A stretch of 26,426 nt of DNA from Octopus sinensis (Eukaryota), in contig NW_021834757.1 in NCBI RefSeq assembly GCF_006345805.1, forward strand, positions 1 through 26,426, in the 5' to 3' direction. A program made the translations under genes and the position numbers. The notes under the pieces are model-generated. The model had not been told where the DNA came from. It did not search any database and saw only the letters and a list, made by a program, of their open reading frames with translations. This document shows positions 23,096 through 26,426 of this stretch, one piece after another (position 1 is the stretch's first letter; each line of letters begins with the position of its first letter).

Positions 23096-23289
23096 TTGCA
23101 ATTCAGTGTGCAAAAAAGCGGGGAAAACGATCATGTATTTTTATTATATTTACCTTGCACATAATTTTCTATTCAATCTTTATAAAATTAAATCCTGGAC
23201 TTTTGAGTTACGCCGTGAAAAAAGGTTTCATTGCGCTCTGCATATCACAACACACACTCACACGCCTCGTATGTATATTTACATACATG

Positions 23290-23474
23290 CATACATACAT
23301 ACATACATACATACATACATACATACATACATACATACATACATACATACATTCATACATAAATATATATATGCATAGAAACATCAAAAGTGCGTATCCA
23401 TCAGACATACGCTAGATATTTCGTATAATATATAAAACAACGCCATAATATAACGGAAAAAAAGCCCAAACGCG

Positions 23475-23527
<53 letters not shown>

Positions 23528-23559
23528 GGATGGATGGATGGATGGATGGATGGATAGAT
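23290..23559. repeat. (TACA)n array, then a (GATA)n to (GATG)n compound array
   Basis: (TACA)n 23290-23351; (GATA)n 23475-23526 grading into (GATG)n to 23559. Confidence 0.95.
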
Positions 23560-23718
23560 GATATATACAGTTTTTTTGCATACTTATTAGAGAGGTGTGT
23601 TTCGATACTGCTTAATATACTATATGTTTAAGTAAGACTCATGCAAACATTATATGGTTGTGTGTGTACGTGCGTGTAAATGTGTATGCATGTACAAGTG
23701 TGTGTGCATGTAAGTATG

Positions 23719-23804
<86 letters not shown>

Positions 23805-25095
23805 AAAACTGTAAGCTGAAATTTTATCAATCGTTTGTCCCACGTCCTCTGACTTCGATAACTGAAAATGAAAACCACTTGGATTGGTGTATAATAAAAC
23901 AGTTGGTAATAAATATTCCTTTTTATTTTCAGTATTGAACAATTTTCCCCCCTCCTCGTTCCTACCCAATGATGCGTTTGCACGTATGTGCATTTACACA
24001 CACACACCTGCAGAATGAAAGAAGGTTTTCGAAAAGTAGAATAAAATCTGTGAGGAACCTCACGGTGACAGCTTTTCAGCATCAGTTTCCAAAAGCTAAA
24101 ACACGAGGACGAATGCTCATCTCTGCCATCCACTTCGCTGGCCACTCCTATGCTACACTGAAGTACACACACACACACACACGGTTCTGTAACTTCCCTC
24201 GTCTTCACATTATAATCCCTGTCTGTTTCATATCTGTGCGACCCTCAACGCAAAAATGCAGATGTAAAGAAATCTTGTTTTGTTCCAGTGCACATACATA
24301 AACAAATGCACGTTTAACTGCAATTGTAATTACAAAACAAAACAAAAAAAAAAAGACGCACAAATTTCGCAGCAGTGGTATTAATTATGACTAATTAATT
24401 TCCTTATCAGTTATATGCTGGCTAATTGTTATCAGAATCTTTCACTGACAAAAATTCAGTTAACACAAATATTTATGCTCGGGCAAGCATGGTTTCTACG
24501 AAAATCTATAACTCCGACTGGAATCACTGCAAATGAGAAAGCCTGAAAGGTATACATGCATGCATACACACACACACAAGCAAACACACATATATACACA
24601 CATACATACATACATACAAATGTATGTACGTGTATATATATGAGTGTGTAATCTATAATGTGTGTGTGTGTGTATGTGCGTGCACGTATATATATATATG
24701 AGGGGGGGGCGAGAGAGAGAGAGAGAGGAAAGGGCAGTTGTACTTTCTGTTCGGTTATGGTTCCTTATAGTTTCAAAGACTTTAAGTACTTAATCAGACT
24801 TGGCACCGAGTTTCATTCAATTTTTCTTTTTGTTTGTTTATATATTTACCCATTTATTTATTTTTGCTTTTTTTGTTGTGGTTGTTGTTGTAACCACTGC
24901 AGTTGTTGTTGTTGCTGTTGTCGTTGTTACCAGCCATGTTATTCGCTGCTCTTTAATTGGCTGAAGTAATAATATTGCCACAGTTTAGCCTAATCTGTTC
25001 CGTCATTTCTTGATAGGGTTGTCGATAACAAGACAATAGGAGGAAGGGGGGAATGCACTAGACACAATATGGCGGGCACACACACAAACATATAT

Positions 25096-25132
<37 letters not shown>

Positions 25133-25660
25133 ATAAGAGAAAGTCACTGGGAAGAGAGAAGTGAAAGTAATAAAAGGGCAAGAAGAGGAGTAAAATAAGA
25201 AAGAACAAAAAGGGACTGATAGTCGAAAGGGATTAGGGGACGGTTTTAGTGGGGTTTTGTGACATCGATCAGAAGTATTTCTCACTTTTTATTTTAGTTG
25301 TTGGTTGTTGTAATTATGTGGTGGCGGCGGCGGCGGTGGTGGTGGTGGTGGTGGTGGTTGAGGGAGGCTTTACAGGACAGAACAGATCAGATAAACAATT
25401 ATAGTCGGAGTAAACAATACGGCAAACAGTGGGATGGCAAAGTGTCGACGGATATATATATACGTATAAGGATGAAAAGGGACACACGAGTTGATATATA
25501 TGAAAAAACAAGTCAAGATAGAAAATGCTAAAATAATTTTATAAAGACCTTTTCAACTGTAACAAAAAAATTAAATTTAGAAAAATTAAAAGAAAGTTTT
25601 TTAAAAGAATATTTGTATAGTGTTCAATATAAGAGGCATTTTCCTTGTTTTCTGCTATCC

Positions 25661-25767
25661 CTCTCTCTCTCTCTCTCTCTCATCTCTCTCTATATATATA
25701 TATATTATATATATATATATATATAAATATATATATTATATATTATATATATATATATGTATATAGA

Positions 25768-25807
<40 letters not shown>

Positions 25808-25848
25808 TAGATAGATAGATAGATAGATGATAGATAGATAGATAGATA
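25661..25848. repeat. (CT)n-(AT)n-(GATA)n compound microsatellite
   Basis: Direct reading. Confidence 0.95.
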
Positions 25849-26426
25849 GGGTAGATATTTGTATATGTGCTCACACGTATTTACACACAGAGAGAAAACA
25901 AAATCATTAACTATAAACCAACAAAGTTTGTATGAAATTAGAAATTGAGAGGAAGATAGGGGAGTTAATCAAAAGAGGAAATAAGGTAAATCGTCAACAT
26001 TTTTACGCAATCCTTTCCGCCATTATAGCGTTGTTGAATCTGCTTCTGATGTATGTCTATTTATTTCGCTAGCTCTACTGATATCTGACAGAGTGTCCTC
26101 TATTTAATATAGAAATGTTTCATTAAACACACCAACACAGACTGCTTTATTTGCACCCTGTTTGGCTCAGATTACTGAATTCTTTCTGGATTGTCCAACA
26201 GGAATGATGGCGAGAAGGGTCAGAGTCGTTTGCTGCTACCGTTATCATGATCACAATTTGGAATTTGCCGTATTTCCACATTCGTTCAAATGACATAGAA
26301 TATGGGGAACCAGTGACAGAAGAAAATGACCAACTGAGTACAATAAACAATTATACTTTATACTTAATGTTTATACAATATATATTTAGTGTTTTGGACA
26401 GAGTACTTTTGGTCTCTTTTCTCCTT

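Noticed and set aside
25320-25362. (GGC)n(GGT)n tract as a functional G-quadruplex or poly-W/R coding region
   Set aside because: A simple trinucleotide microsatellite with only GG runs; similar tracts occur at 3746 and 15307 with no supporting context.

Overview
AT-rich, microsatellite-dense eukaryotic non-coding DNA. The tRNA-derived SINE-like repeats resemble families I recall from octopus (coleoid cephalopod) genomes; this is recognition from memory, not a database match. There is no intact gene, no RNA gene and no CRISPR array, and almost every ORF in the supplied track is a translation of (AT)n/(CA)n/(GA)n repeats. The left half (1-12.7 kb) is dominated by transposon remnants: several SINE copies, a ~560-bp element embedded in an (AAT)n tract, a heavily decayed Ty3/Gypsy pol remnant, an internally deleted DD37D (maT) Tc1/mariner element (the best-supported coding feature) and an RTE-like 5' leader. 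From ~13.3 kb the sequence looks like a + strand promoter (MEF2/TATA composite), a candidate first coding exon (MEKTIHRIRSS...) and a long intron with regulatory-looking islands. I did not find a convincing novel biological system. The best leads are a helically phased E-box/Sox cluster, a ~125-bp direct duplication bracketing a 1.5-kb repeat block, a possible ribozyme-like fold in the RTE-like leader and an unidentified exon chain.
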